NCBI GenBank assembly: GCA_041690135.1
Contig: JAWLHY010000001.1
Location: 256,001-320,000 of the forward strand
DNA length: 64,000 nt
Reading direction: 5' to 3'
Origin: Armatimonadota bacterium
GTDB lineage: Bacteria > Armatimonadota > SYMT01
Notes under the pieces: generated by a model
Seen by the model: the letters and a program-made list of their open reading frames with translations, nothing else
Database searches by the model: none
Told to the model about the DNA's origin: nothing
Shown here: piece after piece, positions 1 to 10,581 of the stretch
Layout of the letters: the number at the start of each line of letters is the position of its first letter
Position numbering within the stretch: position 1 is the first letter of the stretch
Translations under genes and position numbers: made by a program

Positions 1-1780
<1,780 letters not shown>

Positions 1781-1841
1781 AGAAACCTGTTGATGCAATT
1801 GTCAGTGGTGGCTCACGGCCTGGAGGCCGCTCACTCCCAGA

Positions 1842-1870
1842 ATTGTATATCTATCCCGCCACCGGGTCAA
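1842..1870 (-). promoter_or_regulatory. Sigma70-type promoter for the TPP-thiC transcript
   Basis: Minus strand TTGACC-17 nt-TACAAT. Confidence 0.75.
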
Positions 1871-1891
1871 CGCGAGTCTCTCGGCAACAAA

Positions 1892-2968
1892 CTAGCCTGA
1901 CCGTCGTCGAGAGCGCAACAACCCCGCGATCGGCAGCAGTGCCCCCGCAAGCAGCACCAGGCTACCGGGTTCTGGTACGGCGGAGGGGTCGGGATAGTCC
2001 CCGAAATGCGTTTCCACCGGGGCACTCCCGTTCAGCGTATCCACGTCCATCCGGATCCGGCCCTTTGCACCGTTGCCGCCATTGCCGCCCACGCGGTCAA
2101 CGGCACTCGAGCCGCCGAGCCCACCGATCCCACCATTGACTTGGACGATCCCGCTGAGAGTGATTGTTGACGCTTGGAGCCAGATCGAGCCGCCGCTGCC
2201 TGCACCTCCTCCACCACCGTCTCCGGTGCTCGCCGCATGGCCGCCGTTGCCGCCGTTCGCCGAAACGACACCGTCAATCTGAATGAGGTCGGCTGCGATG
2301 CGCACGGCTCCACCGCCGCCGCCGCCGCCGCCGCCCGTAGCGTTGAAGGCGCCCCCGAAGGCTCCGCCGCCGCCTCCCGAGCCGCCTTGAAGTGTCGTGA
2401 AAGCCGGCTCTCCATAGGCCGAGCCGCCGTTGCCGCCGGGGGTCACGGTTGACCCCCACAACGACGACCCACCGTTCGCACCCGGGCCGCGATATCCTGC
2501 CCCGCCTCCGCCAGCCCCTACCGGAGAGTTAAGTGGGGCACCACCGCCGCCGGGTCCGCCACCCGCCGTAGGGTGGATTTGTGAGCCACTGATGTAGCCG
2601 CCGGCTCCGCCAGCGGCTCCACCGCCGCCTCCGCCACCGCCGGCAGTGCCGCCGGGTGTGTTCCCAATCACCCCACTGCCACCATTGCCTCCATTGAGCA
2701 GCAGGTTTCCGCCGATTGTCGCGGACTCCTGTACCCGGATGTCGAGCACCCCGCCTCCGCTAACCGTCACCGTCGCGCCAGGCGAGATGTTAAAAGATGT
2801 GAAGTTATAGATGCCGGCCGGCAGCACGATATTCCCGACGGCGTTGAATGCGCCGTCGGAACCGTTGGAGGCGGGCACGGTCTGCGCGTGTGCCGGTGCA
2901 GACACACAGAGCAGACTGCCGCCGAACATCGCACCTAGGAGCGCGATGCGGAGAGGTGGGACACTCAT
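1892..2968 (-). CDS. Glycine-rich secreted PEP-CTERM protein
   Basis: Start reassigned to ATG 2968 (GAGGT SD). Signal peptide ends ...APAHA-Q, followed by Gly-rich repeats and C-terminal VPEPGSLVLLAGALLPIAGLLRSRRR. Confidence 0.9.
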   Translation of the reverse strand: MSVPPLRIALLGAMFGGSLLCVSAPAHAQTVPASNGSDGAFNAVGNIVLPAGIYNFTSFNISPGATVTVSGGGVLDIRVQESATIGGNLLLNGGNGGSGVIGNTPGGTAGGGGGGGGAAGGAGGYISGSQIHPTAGGGPGGGGAPLNSPVGAGGGGAGYRGPGANGGSSLWGSTVTPGGNGGSAYGEPAFTTLQGGSGGGGGAFGGAFNATGGGGGGGGGAVRIAADLIQIDGVVSANGGNGGHAASTGDGGGGGAGSGGSIWLQASTITLSGIVQVNGGIGGLGGSSAVDRVGGNGGNGAKGRIRMDVDTLNGSAPVETHFGDYPDPSAVPEPGSLVLLAGALLPIAGLLRSRRRSG

Positions 2969-3226
2969 TGAACTTACCTCGTTGCCACGTGCCGGCGGTC
3001 CGGTCGTGCTTTCAATCAGGGGCGGAACGGGAATGACCCAGCAGATCAGATTAGTACCGCAACTTATTGTTAGAGCTTCCGACTGATTGTTCCTTCTATT
3101 AGCGAAAGAGCGAATGCGGCATGCACAGCCGGCTAAAGTGAGATCATGGAACGATGGCTCATATGAATGGCTCGTGCGCCGGACTTGAGTCGTTGTCCGG
3201 CAGATGTTCGCACTGGGGAGGCCGCT

Positions 3227-4012
3227 TTGAAGTCCGATTACCACACCCACCACGACCGGTGCGGACACGCCACCGGATGCATCGAGGATTACGTCCGGGC
3301 GGCCCTCGCCCTGGGCATGGAGGAGATCGGCATTTCCGACCACGCGCCCATCTACTGGCAGGAGGGCGACCACGCGCTGCCCGGAACCGCCATGCGCCGG
3401 AGCGAGCTGGCGGGCTACGTGGAGGAAGTCCTGGAGGTGCGGGATCGCTACGCCGGACAAATCTCGGTGAAGCTCGGCCTGGAAGCGGACTTCGCGCCCG
3501 GCTTCGAGGACGTCTACCGGGAGGTGCTGTCCCGGTACCCCTTCGATTACGTGATCGGCTCGGTGCACTACTGCCGCGATCTCCACATCTATTATCATCC
3601 GCGCTGGGAAGGGGTGGAGGACCCGTCCGAGGTCTATGCGGATTACTTCGCGCTGATCCGGCGTTCCGCTCACAGCGGCCTTTTCGATGTTCTCGGCCAC
3701 ATCACCGGACTCATGATTTACGGCCCACGCCCTTCCCCGGAGTTTCTGGAGCGCGAGTTCGATGAGACGGCCCGCGCGATTGCGGAAAGCGGCGTCGCCA
3801 TCGAGGTGAATACCTCCGGCCTGCGCAAGGGGGACGCGGAGCCGTTTCCCAAAGGAGAATTGCTCCGGCGCTGCATCGCCGCCGGGGTGCCGGTCACCTA
3901 CGGCTCCGACGCGCACAAGCCCGAGGAAGTCGGGTTCGCCCGCGACGTCGTGGCGCCGCTCTTGAATTCAGCCCGTCTCTGGCATCCCCAGGAGTCCCGC
4001 CGTGTCCGCTGA
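3227..4012 (+). CDS. PHP-domain histidinol-phosphatase (HisJ family)
   Basis: DYHTH, ISDH, GLEAD, IGSVH, EVNTSG and GSDAH motifs. TTG start after GGGGAGG. Confidence 0.88.
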   Translation: MKSDYHTHHDRCGHATGCIEDYVRAALALGMEEIGISDHAPIYWQEGDHALPGTAMRRSELAGYVEEVLEVRDRYAGQISVKLGLEADFAPGFEDVYREVLSRYPFDYVIGSVHYCRDLHIYYHPRWEGVEDPSEVYADYFALIRRSAHSGLFDVLGHITGLMIYGPRPSPEFLEREFDETARAIAESGVAIEVNTSGLRKGDAEPFPKGELLRRCIAAGVPVTYGSDAHKPEEVGFARDVVAPLLNSARLWHPQESRRVR

Positions 4013-5036
4013 ACCGCCCCGCGTCATCGAGGCCCGGAACGCGATGGGCACCCGGTTCGAGATTGTGCTGCCCGGAACCAACGAGCGTGCTTTGCGAGGC
4101 GCCGCGGAGGAAGCGTTCGACGAGATCGACCGCCTGGAAGCGCAACTGACCAAGTACGACTCCCGCAGCGAGATTTCCGGAATCAACGCCCACGCGGCGC
4201 GGGAGGTGGTCCGCGTGGAGCCGCGGCTGTTCGCCCTCCTGCAGACCGCCCTGGAGATCAGTGCGGCCACGGACGGCGCGTTCGATCCGACGGTGGCGCC
4301 CCTCATGCGGGCCTGGGGTTTCGTGGGCGCGGGCGGACGCCTGCCCGACCCGGAGGCGGTGGAGCGGGCGCGCGAGATCACCGGCTGGTACCACATCGGG
4401 CTCGACGAGGAGGCGTTCACCCTCTGGTTCGGACGCGAAGGGGTTTCCCTCGACCTGGGCGCCATTGGAAAAGGGTATGCCATCGATCGCGCCATTGAGT
4501 TGCTGCGAGACGCCGGCATCACCTCGGCGCTCCTTCACGGCGGCACCAGCACGGTTTACGGCCTTGGCCTGCCGCAGGCCGCTGCCGCCACGGGCGCCCA
4601 GGCGGTGGACGGGGACACTCGGGTAGGGGAGGGAGAACCTGCGGAGGCGGTCGCGGGTTGGCGGGTGGCGATCCGCGATCCCGGCGGTCCGGAAGGATCA
4701 AGTCTGGCAGAGGTTCTCCTGCGGGACCGTGCGCTTTCCGTCTCCGGCTCTCACGGGAAAGCGTTCCGGGAGGGCGACCGCCTCTATGGCCACGTGCTCG
4801 ACCCCCGCACCGGTGAGCCCACCCAGGCCGCCATCCTGGCGGCGGTGGGGCACCCCAGCGCCACCGTTACGGATGCCCTCTCCACGGCCCTGCTGGTGCT
4901 CGGGCCGGAGGCGCTCCCGGACCTCACAAAGCGCTTCCCCGAAGCCGACCTCCTCGTCGTCACCTCCGAGGACGGCCGTCCCACCCTTCACATCGGGGGT
5001 CCCAACGTCTGGCAGCTTTGTCCCCATCCTACGTAA
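4002..5036 (+). CDS. apbE: FAD:protein FMN transferase (ApbE family), no signal peptide
   Basis: AMGT, GAFDPTV, LDLGAIGKGYAID, HVLDPRTG and DALSTAL motifs. Confidence 0.92.
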   Translation: MSAEPPRVIEARNAMGTRFEIVLPGTNERALRGAAEEAFDEIDRLEAQLTKYDSRSEISGINAHAAREVVRVEPRLFALLQTALEISAATDGAFDPTVAPLMRAWGFVGAGGRLPDPEAVERAREITGWYHIGLDEEAFTLWFGREGVSLDLGAIGKGYAIDRAIELLRDAGITSALLHGGTSTVYGLGLPQAAAATGAQAVDGDTRVGEGEPAEAVAGWRVAIRDPGGPEGSSLAEVLLRDRALSVSGSHGKAFREGDRLYGHVLDPRTGEPTQAAILAAVGHPSATVTDALSTALLVLGPEALPDLTKRFPEADLLVVTSEDGRPTLHIGGPNVWQLCPHPT

Positions 5037-5445
5037 GCTTGCGGTGCAGCTCACGGCAGCGGCGGCAACCGCCAACGGCCCGTGCCCAGCCTCCGGCAAC
5101 ACGGGAGACGCCGGGCACGCACCAGGCTTGAACCCTGATAAATGGTACAACATCGTGACCCTTGCCCGGAGTCCGAGGGATACCTCGGCAACGGCCTCGC
5201 TCTTGGGCCACATGCTGGTACCGAACTGGGAGCGAGCAGTCACTAATGGCTTTCCAGAGGGCACCGATATCCGGGGGACTCCGGGCATGCACCAGAGTCG
5301 AGCCCTGATAAACAGGGAGATATCAGGTTTTTTGAACTGATTCTTGCATATCTCGGCTATGAGTCGCCCTTCAGCATCCTGCCGGCCCGCGGGGTGATCG
5401 TAACCATGATCCCCGGTACGTCGATCATCCAAGGAAGTGATCCAA

Positions 5446-5532
5446 CGCCCGAACGTTTGCCTCCCACCGGCGTGCCCGAACGCCCGAACACCCGAACACC
5501 TGACCACCCGAACCCCTGACCACCCCAACCCC
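5446..5532 (+). repeat. Octamer tandem tract (CCGAACAC / CTGACCAC family)
   Basis: cccgaacg cccgaaca cccgaaca cctgacca cccgaacc cctgacca; the same family occurs at about 10582-10770 and 38642-38840. Confidence 0.85.
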
Positions 5533-5610
5533 TGCTTCCACAGCAGGACCCATCCCACTCCGTCTCGAACCGTCTAAATCAGCCATGCCTCCCGTACCCT
5601 CCACACACCC

Positions 5611-6666
5611 ATGACCCTTCCCCCCACCACCGGCTGTAGCTGGTATCCTCGGCCCGAAGACTGGTCGTCCTGGCAGCCGCTTAGTGCCTCGCCGGGCGTA
5701 CCGCGGCGGCCGGGCGTTTACCGGATTCGCTGCCGCGAGGGCGGTCGGACGCAATTGATCCCTCGCGCGAGTGGGGTGGACGGCACGGGACTGGTCCTGG
5801 TTGGGCGCGATGACGCCTCCCTGCGGGACTGCCTGGATGCGTTCCGCAGGAGTGCCGCCGACCTCTCCGTTCAGCAGCACGCGGCCGGTTGGGCCTACGC
5901 GAACCGGGGTTACGAGCGGCGCTTTCCGCTCTCCGAGTTGGAGGTCTCGTATCTCATCACCCCCGATGGGGCTACCGCCCGCGCCATCGAGGAGGCGGTG
6001 CTGCGGGTCTATCAGGACCAATTCCTGGACCTACCCCCCCTGAACCAGGCCGTCCCCACGGCAACAACCGCCGAACCCGTCCGCACGGAACCCTCCAGCC
6101 GGGGTCGGGAAAATCGTGCGGGCGCTGGAGCTCCTCAACCGGGAGGGCTTCCGGTCTGGTCCCCACCCTCCGGACGCCAGGCAGCCGAAGCTCCGCCGTC
6201 CTCCAGCAGTCCGGAACACTCCCAGCCTGCTCGGACCGAAAGCGCCGGTCCACCACCCTGGTCGCCCTCCGCGCCGCCGCGGCCCGCCCGGCCGGTACAC
6301 CGCCGGCCCGCCCTCGATGGCGACGAAGCGGAAGAGCCCTTTCAGCCACTGGTCGAGGAAGACTGGAAGGAATACGTCGTCTGCGCCCGCTGCGGACGCG
6401 TGATGGGAGGTCCCCCCGACCGTCCCCGTACCGGTGACTGGCTCGACTGGGCGGGTTCGGACCTGGATGCCCAGTGCGGCGAGTGCGGGACCACCGGCGA
6501 AGCCTACCTCTTCCACGGCCACGAGTTGATCGAGGCCCTTCGCGCGGCGGGCTACCCCAATCCCGACGAGAACCCCGGCCTCCCGCCCTGGGAATCGCAC
6601 GAGGGCTTCGGGCGCTGGACGGTCCCCCCGGTGATCCGCCGCATCCTCCTCGGCTCCCGGCAGTAG
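5611..6666 (+). CDS. Hypothetical protein: divergent GIY-YIG-like N-domain, Pro-rich linker, C-terminal CxxC...CxxC Zn-binding domain
   Basis: PRRPGVYRI...VLVG...EE...LPPLN in the N-domain; CARC and CGEC near the C-terminus. Confidence 0.6.
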   Translation: MTLPPTTGCSWYPRPEDWSSWQPLSASPGVPRRPGVYRIRCREGGRTQLIPRASGVDGTGLVLVGRDDASLRDCLDAFRRSAADLSVQQHAAGWAYANRGYERRFPLSELEVSYLITPDGATARAIEEAVLRVYQDQFLDLPPLNQAVPTATTAEPVRTEPSSRGRENRAGAGAPQPGGLPVWSPPSGRQAAEAPPSSSSPEHSQPARTESAGPPPWSPSAPPRPARPVHRRPALDGDEAEEPFQPLVEEDWKEYVVCARCGRVMGGPPDRPRTGDWLDWAGSDLDAQCGECGTTGEAYLFHGHELIEALRAAGYPNPDENPGLPPWESHEGFGRWTVPPVIRRILLGSRQ

Positions 6667-6815
6667 CTGCTTCCACTGCGTGTCGGCGCACAAGCGAGTT
6701 CCGGCAAAGAAAACATGCTTTGGCGATCCGCCGGGATAGGTATATTGCCCGTAGACCACGGGGGCTGCGGCGGTTGCCGGATCCCTCTCGCAGCCGAATA
6801 CCCACAAAACATACC

Positions 6816-8057
6816 GTGTCCACGAAATCCGGCAAGACTCGCCAAGAGCAGGAGCATCAAAACGCGGCCAGACGGCTCAAAGACGGGAAGACGGAGATCC
6901 TGCGGCGCTGGGAACAACACGCACGCACGGAGGTGCCGGCGGCCTGCTCGCTGGACAGGGAAACCCTCCACAACAATCTCCCGCAAGTCCTGGATGAAAT
7001 CGCCGAGGTGCTCGTAACCAGCGCCGGAAAGAACGCGTACGATTATGCGCAGATTTCCAGCGCGCGAGAGCATGCCGAGCAGCGGGGAAGAATCAACGAA
7101 TACTCGCTCGACCAGGTGATCATGGAGTACCACCTGCTGCGGAAGGTGGTCATCGAGGTGATGGAGCAGGAAGAGCCGCTCCCGCAGGGGATTGCCTCGG
7201 TCATTCACGACGGTCTCGACCGGGCGATGCAGGATGCGTCGGTCCACTTCATCGATACCCACCAGCGCGCCAGCCAGGAGCACCAGGAGCGACAACGGAT
7301 CCTGCACGATCAGGCGGAGGCGCTGCGTGAGGCCGACCGGGCCAAGGACAACTACCTCGCTATCCTGGCCCATGAACTTCGTACCCCCCTCGGCACCATC
7401 AGTACGGCGCTGCACATCCTCGGCCAGTTGGAGTTGCGGGATGACCGCGCCTTTCGGCAGATCGCGACCATCAGCCGGCAGGTAGATGGCTTATCCCACC
7501 TGGTGAATGACCTGCTCGATATTTCCCGGATCGTTCGCGGGAAGCTGGAACTCCAGTTGGAGCTAGTCGAATTGTGCCGTATTGCGACAAATGCTGTGCA
7601 GGCGGTACACCCCTACATCGAGTCCCGGGGTCATTTGCTGGAAGTCTCGCTACCGGCGGAGCCGGTCTGGGTTGAGGTGGACGCTCTCCGGATGGAGCAG
7701 GTCATCACGAACCTGCTCACCAACGCGGCGAAATACACCGAGCCGGGAGGAACCATCTGGCTTACCGTCACGAGACTTGATGACTCGGCGACCATCTGCG
7801 TCCGCGATACCGGGGTCGGCATTCCCCAGGACAAGCTTTGGCAGGTGTTCGACCTGTTCAACCAGCTTGGGCTCACTTCCACGCACTCGCAGGGTGGGCT
7901 TGGGATCGGCCTCTCCCTGGCCCGGCACCTCGTCAACCTGCACGGCGGCGCCATCGAGGCGACAAGTGAAGGCCCCGGAATGGGAAGTGAGTTTATCGTT
8001 CGCCTCCCGGTCCAGACGCCCACGGAGCCACTTCCTTTTCCCGGCCCTTCCACCTGA
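6816..8057 (+). CDS. Cytoplasmic sensor histidine kinase (RsbRD_N-like sensor + HisKA + HATPase)
   Basis: AHELRTPL H-box, NLLTNAAKY, DTGVGI, GGLGIGL. The N-terminal 'EHAEQR...YSLDQVIMEY' helical sensor has no TM segment. Start uncertain. Confidence 0.88.
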   Translation: MSTKSGKTRQEQEHQNAARRLKDGKTEILRRWEQHARTEVPAACSLDRETLHNNLPQVLDEIAEVLVTSAGKNAYDYAQISSAREHAEQRGRINEYSLDQVIMEYHLLRKVVIEVMEQEEPLPQGIASVIHDGLDRAMQDASVHFIDTHQRASQEHQERQRILHDQAEALREADRAKDNYLAILAHELRTPLGTISTALHILGQLELRDDRAFRQIATISRQVDGLSHLVNDLLDISRIVRGKLELQLELVELCRIATNAVQAVHPYIESRGHLLEVSLPAEPVWVEVDALRMEQVITNLLTNAAKYTEPGGTIWLTVTRLDDSATICVRDTGVGIPQDKLWQVFDLFNQLGLTSTHSQGGLGIGLSLARHLVNLHGGAIEATSEGPGMGSEFIVRLPVQTPTEPLPFPGPST

Positions 8058-8088
8058 GCCTCGCACTGAGCCTCGCACCGAGCCTCAC
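8057..8088 (+). repeat. Short 12-bp direct repeat (GAGCCTCGCAC-like, about 2.5 copies) between convergent genes
   Basis: gagcctcgcact gagcctcgcacc gagcctcac. Confidence 0.6.
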
Positions 8089-8792
8089 ACGCGATATTCC
8101 ACCCGTCTCCCCTCCGGAAGCGAAACCCGGATCAGCCCTTCATCCGGCCCCAATCGGAAACGGGGGCTGTGCAGAGGCGCGCCCGCCACGGCCTGGATTC
8201 CGGCGGCAATGCCCAGGCTGCAGCAGCACTCCCAGGTGAGGTCGGGGCTATTCACCGCGACATCGAGATCGATGTCGGCAGCCAGGGCGATATCCGCCGC
8301 GCGGGTGAGTTCAGGCGTCAGTGGACCGCAGAACCGCTCAATCGTGCGAACGATCCGGGCTAGCCGCTGCTTCCGTTCCGGAGCCCGGCGCCATGCGGGA
8401 TCGGCCGGTCCGAACACGCAATCGAACTCCCGGACGTAGGGTTTCACGTCGAGGAGAGGTGTTCCGTCAATCACGTCCAGCGCATCCACGGATAGCCGGG
8501 CGCCTTCGCGGGAGAGGAGGCGGGTCACGGTAATCCCTACCGGGTTCAGCCGCACCGGCGTGCGGGAAGCAAAACTGCCCCTCACCCGCCCGCCGGCATG
8601 CCGCGCCGGCGTACGCTCGGACTGGTGCAGCCAGGTCAACACCCAGATGTAGCCCGGTTCCAACCCGCTCGCCGCCTCCTGGTGGTCGGGAAGCAGCTCC
8701 AGTATCGAGGCTCCACCCTGGTAGGGAATCTCATCTTCCGTCCGGAACGGATTCCGGACGTACCCAATCGGGTTCAACACGTAGTCACTCAT
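8085..8792 (-). CDS. TrmO/TsaA-family SAM-dependent methyltransferase with a C-terminal FmdE-like domain
   Basis: LNPIGYV, GSFASRTPVRLNPVG, DVIDGTPLLDVKPY; about 100 extra residues containing ERFCG...CCC...IQAVAG. Confidence 0.8.
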   Translation of the reverse strand: MSDYVLNPIGYVRNPFRTEDEIPYQGGASILELLPDHQEAASGLEPGYIWVLTWLHQSERTPARHAGGRVRGSFASRTPVRLNPVGITVTRLLSREGARLSVDALDVIDGTPLLDVKPYVREFDCVFGPADPAWRRAPERKQRLARIVRTIERFCGPLTPELTRAADIALAADIDLDVAVNSPDLTWECCCSLGIAAGIQAVAGAPLHSPRFRLGPDEGLIRVSLPEGRRVEYRV

Positions 8793-8846
8793 AGATCCTG
8801 TCGCTCGCAACACCGCGCCGGCTTTCTTCTGGGGATAGTTCTACCC

Positions 8847-10193
8847 GTGTTTATTTCACCCCGGTGGGGACGGAAACCTGTGGTCTGGGGCGTCGGCGCA
8901 CTCGCGCTGGCCTCCGGAGGTCTCTTCGCCCTGCGGAAACCGGCGTTGCCCACCCCGGTGCCCGTACCGGCCGTCGCCGGTGAACCCTCGCCGGCAAAGG
9001 AATCTAAGCTGCCGCCGGATGGGACGATCCGGATTGGGCTTCGCAGTCTCAACGGTCGTCCCGCTCTCCGCATGCGGCTCCCCGGCGGCGGCCATGCTTT
9101 CGCCACGGAAGGCGGTCGGAGCCTCGGCAAACTGCCGGACACTCCCCTCCAGGTAGTCGCGGATTTTCAGTCGGGGCAGGTGCTGGTAAAGGGGAAGGGA
9201 GTGCGCTTGCAAAGCACGGACCTCATCCTCGCGGGTAAGGGCCTGCTCCAGGTCGGGTCGCGCCGGTACCCCGGTAAGCTGCGCTTGCGCCTGGAAGGCA
9301 CCGGCCTCCACCTCACCAATGAGCTTGATATCGAGCAGTATCTGGAAGGTGTCCTTCCCGGCGAGATTCCCCGCAGCTTCGGCATGGAAGCGCAGAAGGC
9401 TCTCGCCGTGGCGGCCCGGAGTTACGCCCTCGTGCAGCAGGGCAAGCACGGGGAATTCGATCTGTGCGACCGCCCCTGCTGCCAGATGTACCTGGGGTAT
9501 CATCGGGGCTCGGACCGGGGGCTGGCCGCGGTGCGGGCCACCCGGCGGCAGTGCCTGTGGTCCGGGGAAGATCTGGTCTACGCCTTCTACTCCGCGGATT
9601 GCGGCGGCATCAGCACGCGGGTCGAAGACGTGCCTCTGAAGGATAAGCCGGAGGAGCCGCTGCCTTACCTGGTCCCGGTCCGCGACCGGAAAGGGGGCAG
9701 CGCCGACTTCTGCGCTTCCAGCCCGTACCACGACTGGACCAAACGGCTCACCCTGGCCGATGTTGAGAGGCGCCTGAACTCCGAGCCGGAAACCACGGTC
9801 GGCAAACTCCTCGACCTGCAGGTTGAGGAGACGGATGCCACGGGACGGGTCCTAGCGGTCCGGGTGAAGTGCCGTCCGGCACCGGAAGGGGAGGCGTCGG
9901 GAACTGCGGGCTCTGCGCCGGCGCCGGAGGAGAAGACCCTGGACGGCTGGCAATTCCGCCGGTCCGTCGGTCCGATGACTCTGAAAAGTACGCTCTACAC
10001 GATCGATCAGCCGCAGCCGGGTGTCTACCGGTTTGTGGGCAAAGGCTTCGGGCACGGTCTGGGTCTCTGCCAGATCGGCGCCAACGGCATGGCGAAGCAG
10101 GGCTACGACTTCCGCGAGATCCTGGAGCACTATTATCCGGGGACACGCGTAGCCGCCCTCGACCCGCCCGCGGATACCCAGGCCGCTGAATAG
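8847..10193 (+). CDS. SpoIID/LytB-domain lytic transglycosylase
   Basis: EQYLEGVLPGE, EAQKALAVAARSYA, CQMYLG, GFGHGLGLCQIGA, ILEHYYPG; N-terminal membrane anchor. Confidence 0.9.
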   Translation: MFISPRWGRKPVVWGVGALALASGGLFALRKPALPTPVPVPAVAGEPSPAKESKLPPDGTIRIGLRSLNGRPALRMRLPGGGHAFATEGGRSLGKLPDTPLQVVADFQSGQVLVKGKGVRLQSTDLILAGKGLLQVGSRRYPGKLRLRLEGTGLHLTNELDIEQYLEGVLPGEIPRSFGMEAQKALAVAARSYALVQQGKHGEFDLCDRPCCQMYLGYHRGSDRGLAAVRATRRQCLWSGEDLVYAFYSADCGGISTRVEDVPLKDKPEEPLPYLVPVRDRKGGSADFCASSPYHDWTKRLTLADVERRLNSEPETTVGKLLDLQVEETDATGRVLAVRVKCRPAPEGEASGTAGSAPAPEEKTLDGWQFRRSVGPMTLKSTLYTIDQPQPGVYRFVGKGFGHGLGLCQIGANGMAKQGYDFREILEHYYPGTRVAALDPPADTQAAE

Positions 10194-10309
10194 CACGCGG
10201 GAAGATCCCTGCGTTTGTCCGCCGACCCGCGGGAACCGTTCCGGGGGTCCCATGCGAATATAGGTTGGGTCGCTCCAGCCCTCTTTGAATTCATTTCGGA
10301 ACATCTGCC

Positions 10310-10462
10310 ATGAAGCGTTACGTCCCCCTCGTCGCAATGGTCGTCGCCCTGATGGCGGTCGCTCATGTCATCGAGCTCACCGCCCGCCCCGACTCCGGCC
10401 GCCGCCCCGACTCCGGCGCCACCAACGTCCAGGTAGACAGCCACGCCGGCCATAACCATTAA
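10310..10462 (+). CDS. Small exported or membrane-anchored peptide (50 aa) with a His-rich C-terminus
   Basis: MKRYVPLVAMVVALMAVAHVIELTARPDSGRRPDSGATNVQVDSHAGHNH*: basic N-terminus, hydrophobic core, high-GC3 codons. Below the ORF-track cutoff; no clear SD. Confidence 0.7.
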   Translation: MKRYVPLVAMVVALMAVAHVIELTARPDSGRRPDSGATNVQVDSHAGHNH

Positions 10463-10464
10463 TC

Positions 10465-10535
10465 GGGGGCCAGGGGCCAGGGGCCAGGGGAAGTAGGCGG
10501 TAGGCAGCGGGCAGTGGGCAGGGAGCAGCGGGCAA
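10465..10535 (+). repeat. Heptamer tandem tracts (GGGGCCA x3 + GGGG; six TAGGCAG/CGGGCAG-like units)
   Basis: Read directly from the sequence; the first tract fits a four-G-run quadruplex motif. Confidence 0.85.
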
Positions 10536-10581
10536 AATCCCGACGCGTCTAATCTGTCCGATCCGACCCATCCGTCCGCTG

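Noticed and set aside
1892-3916. 674-aa minus-strand ORF as a single protein
   Set aside because: The upstream part is antisense to the PHP gene; the real gene starts at 2968 with an SD and signal peptide.
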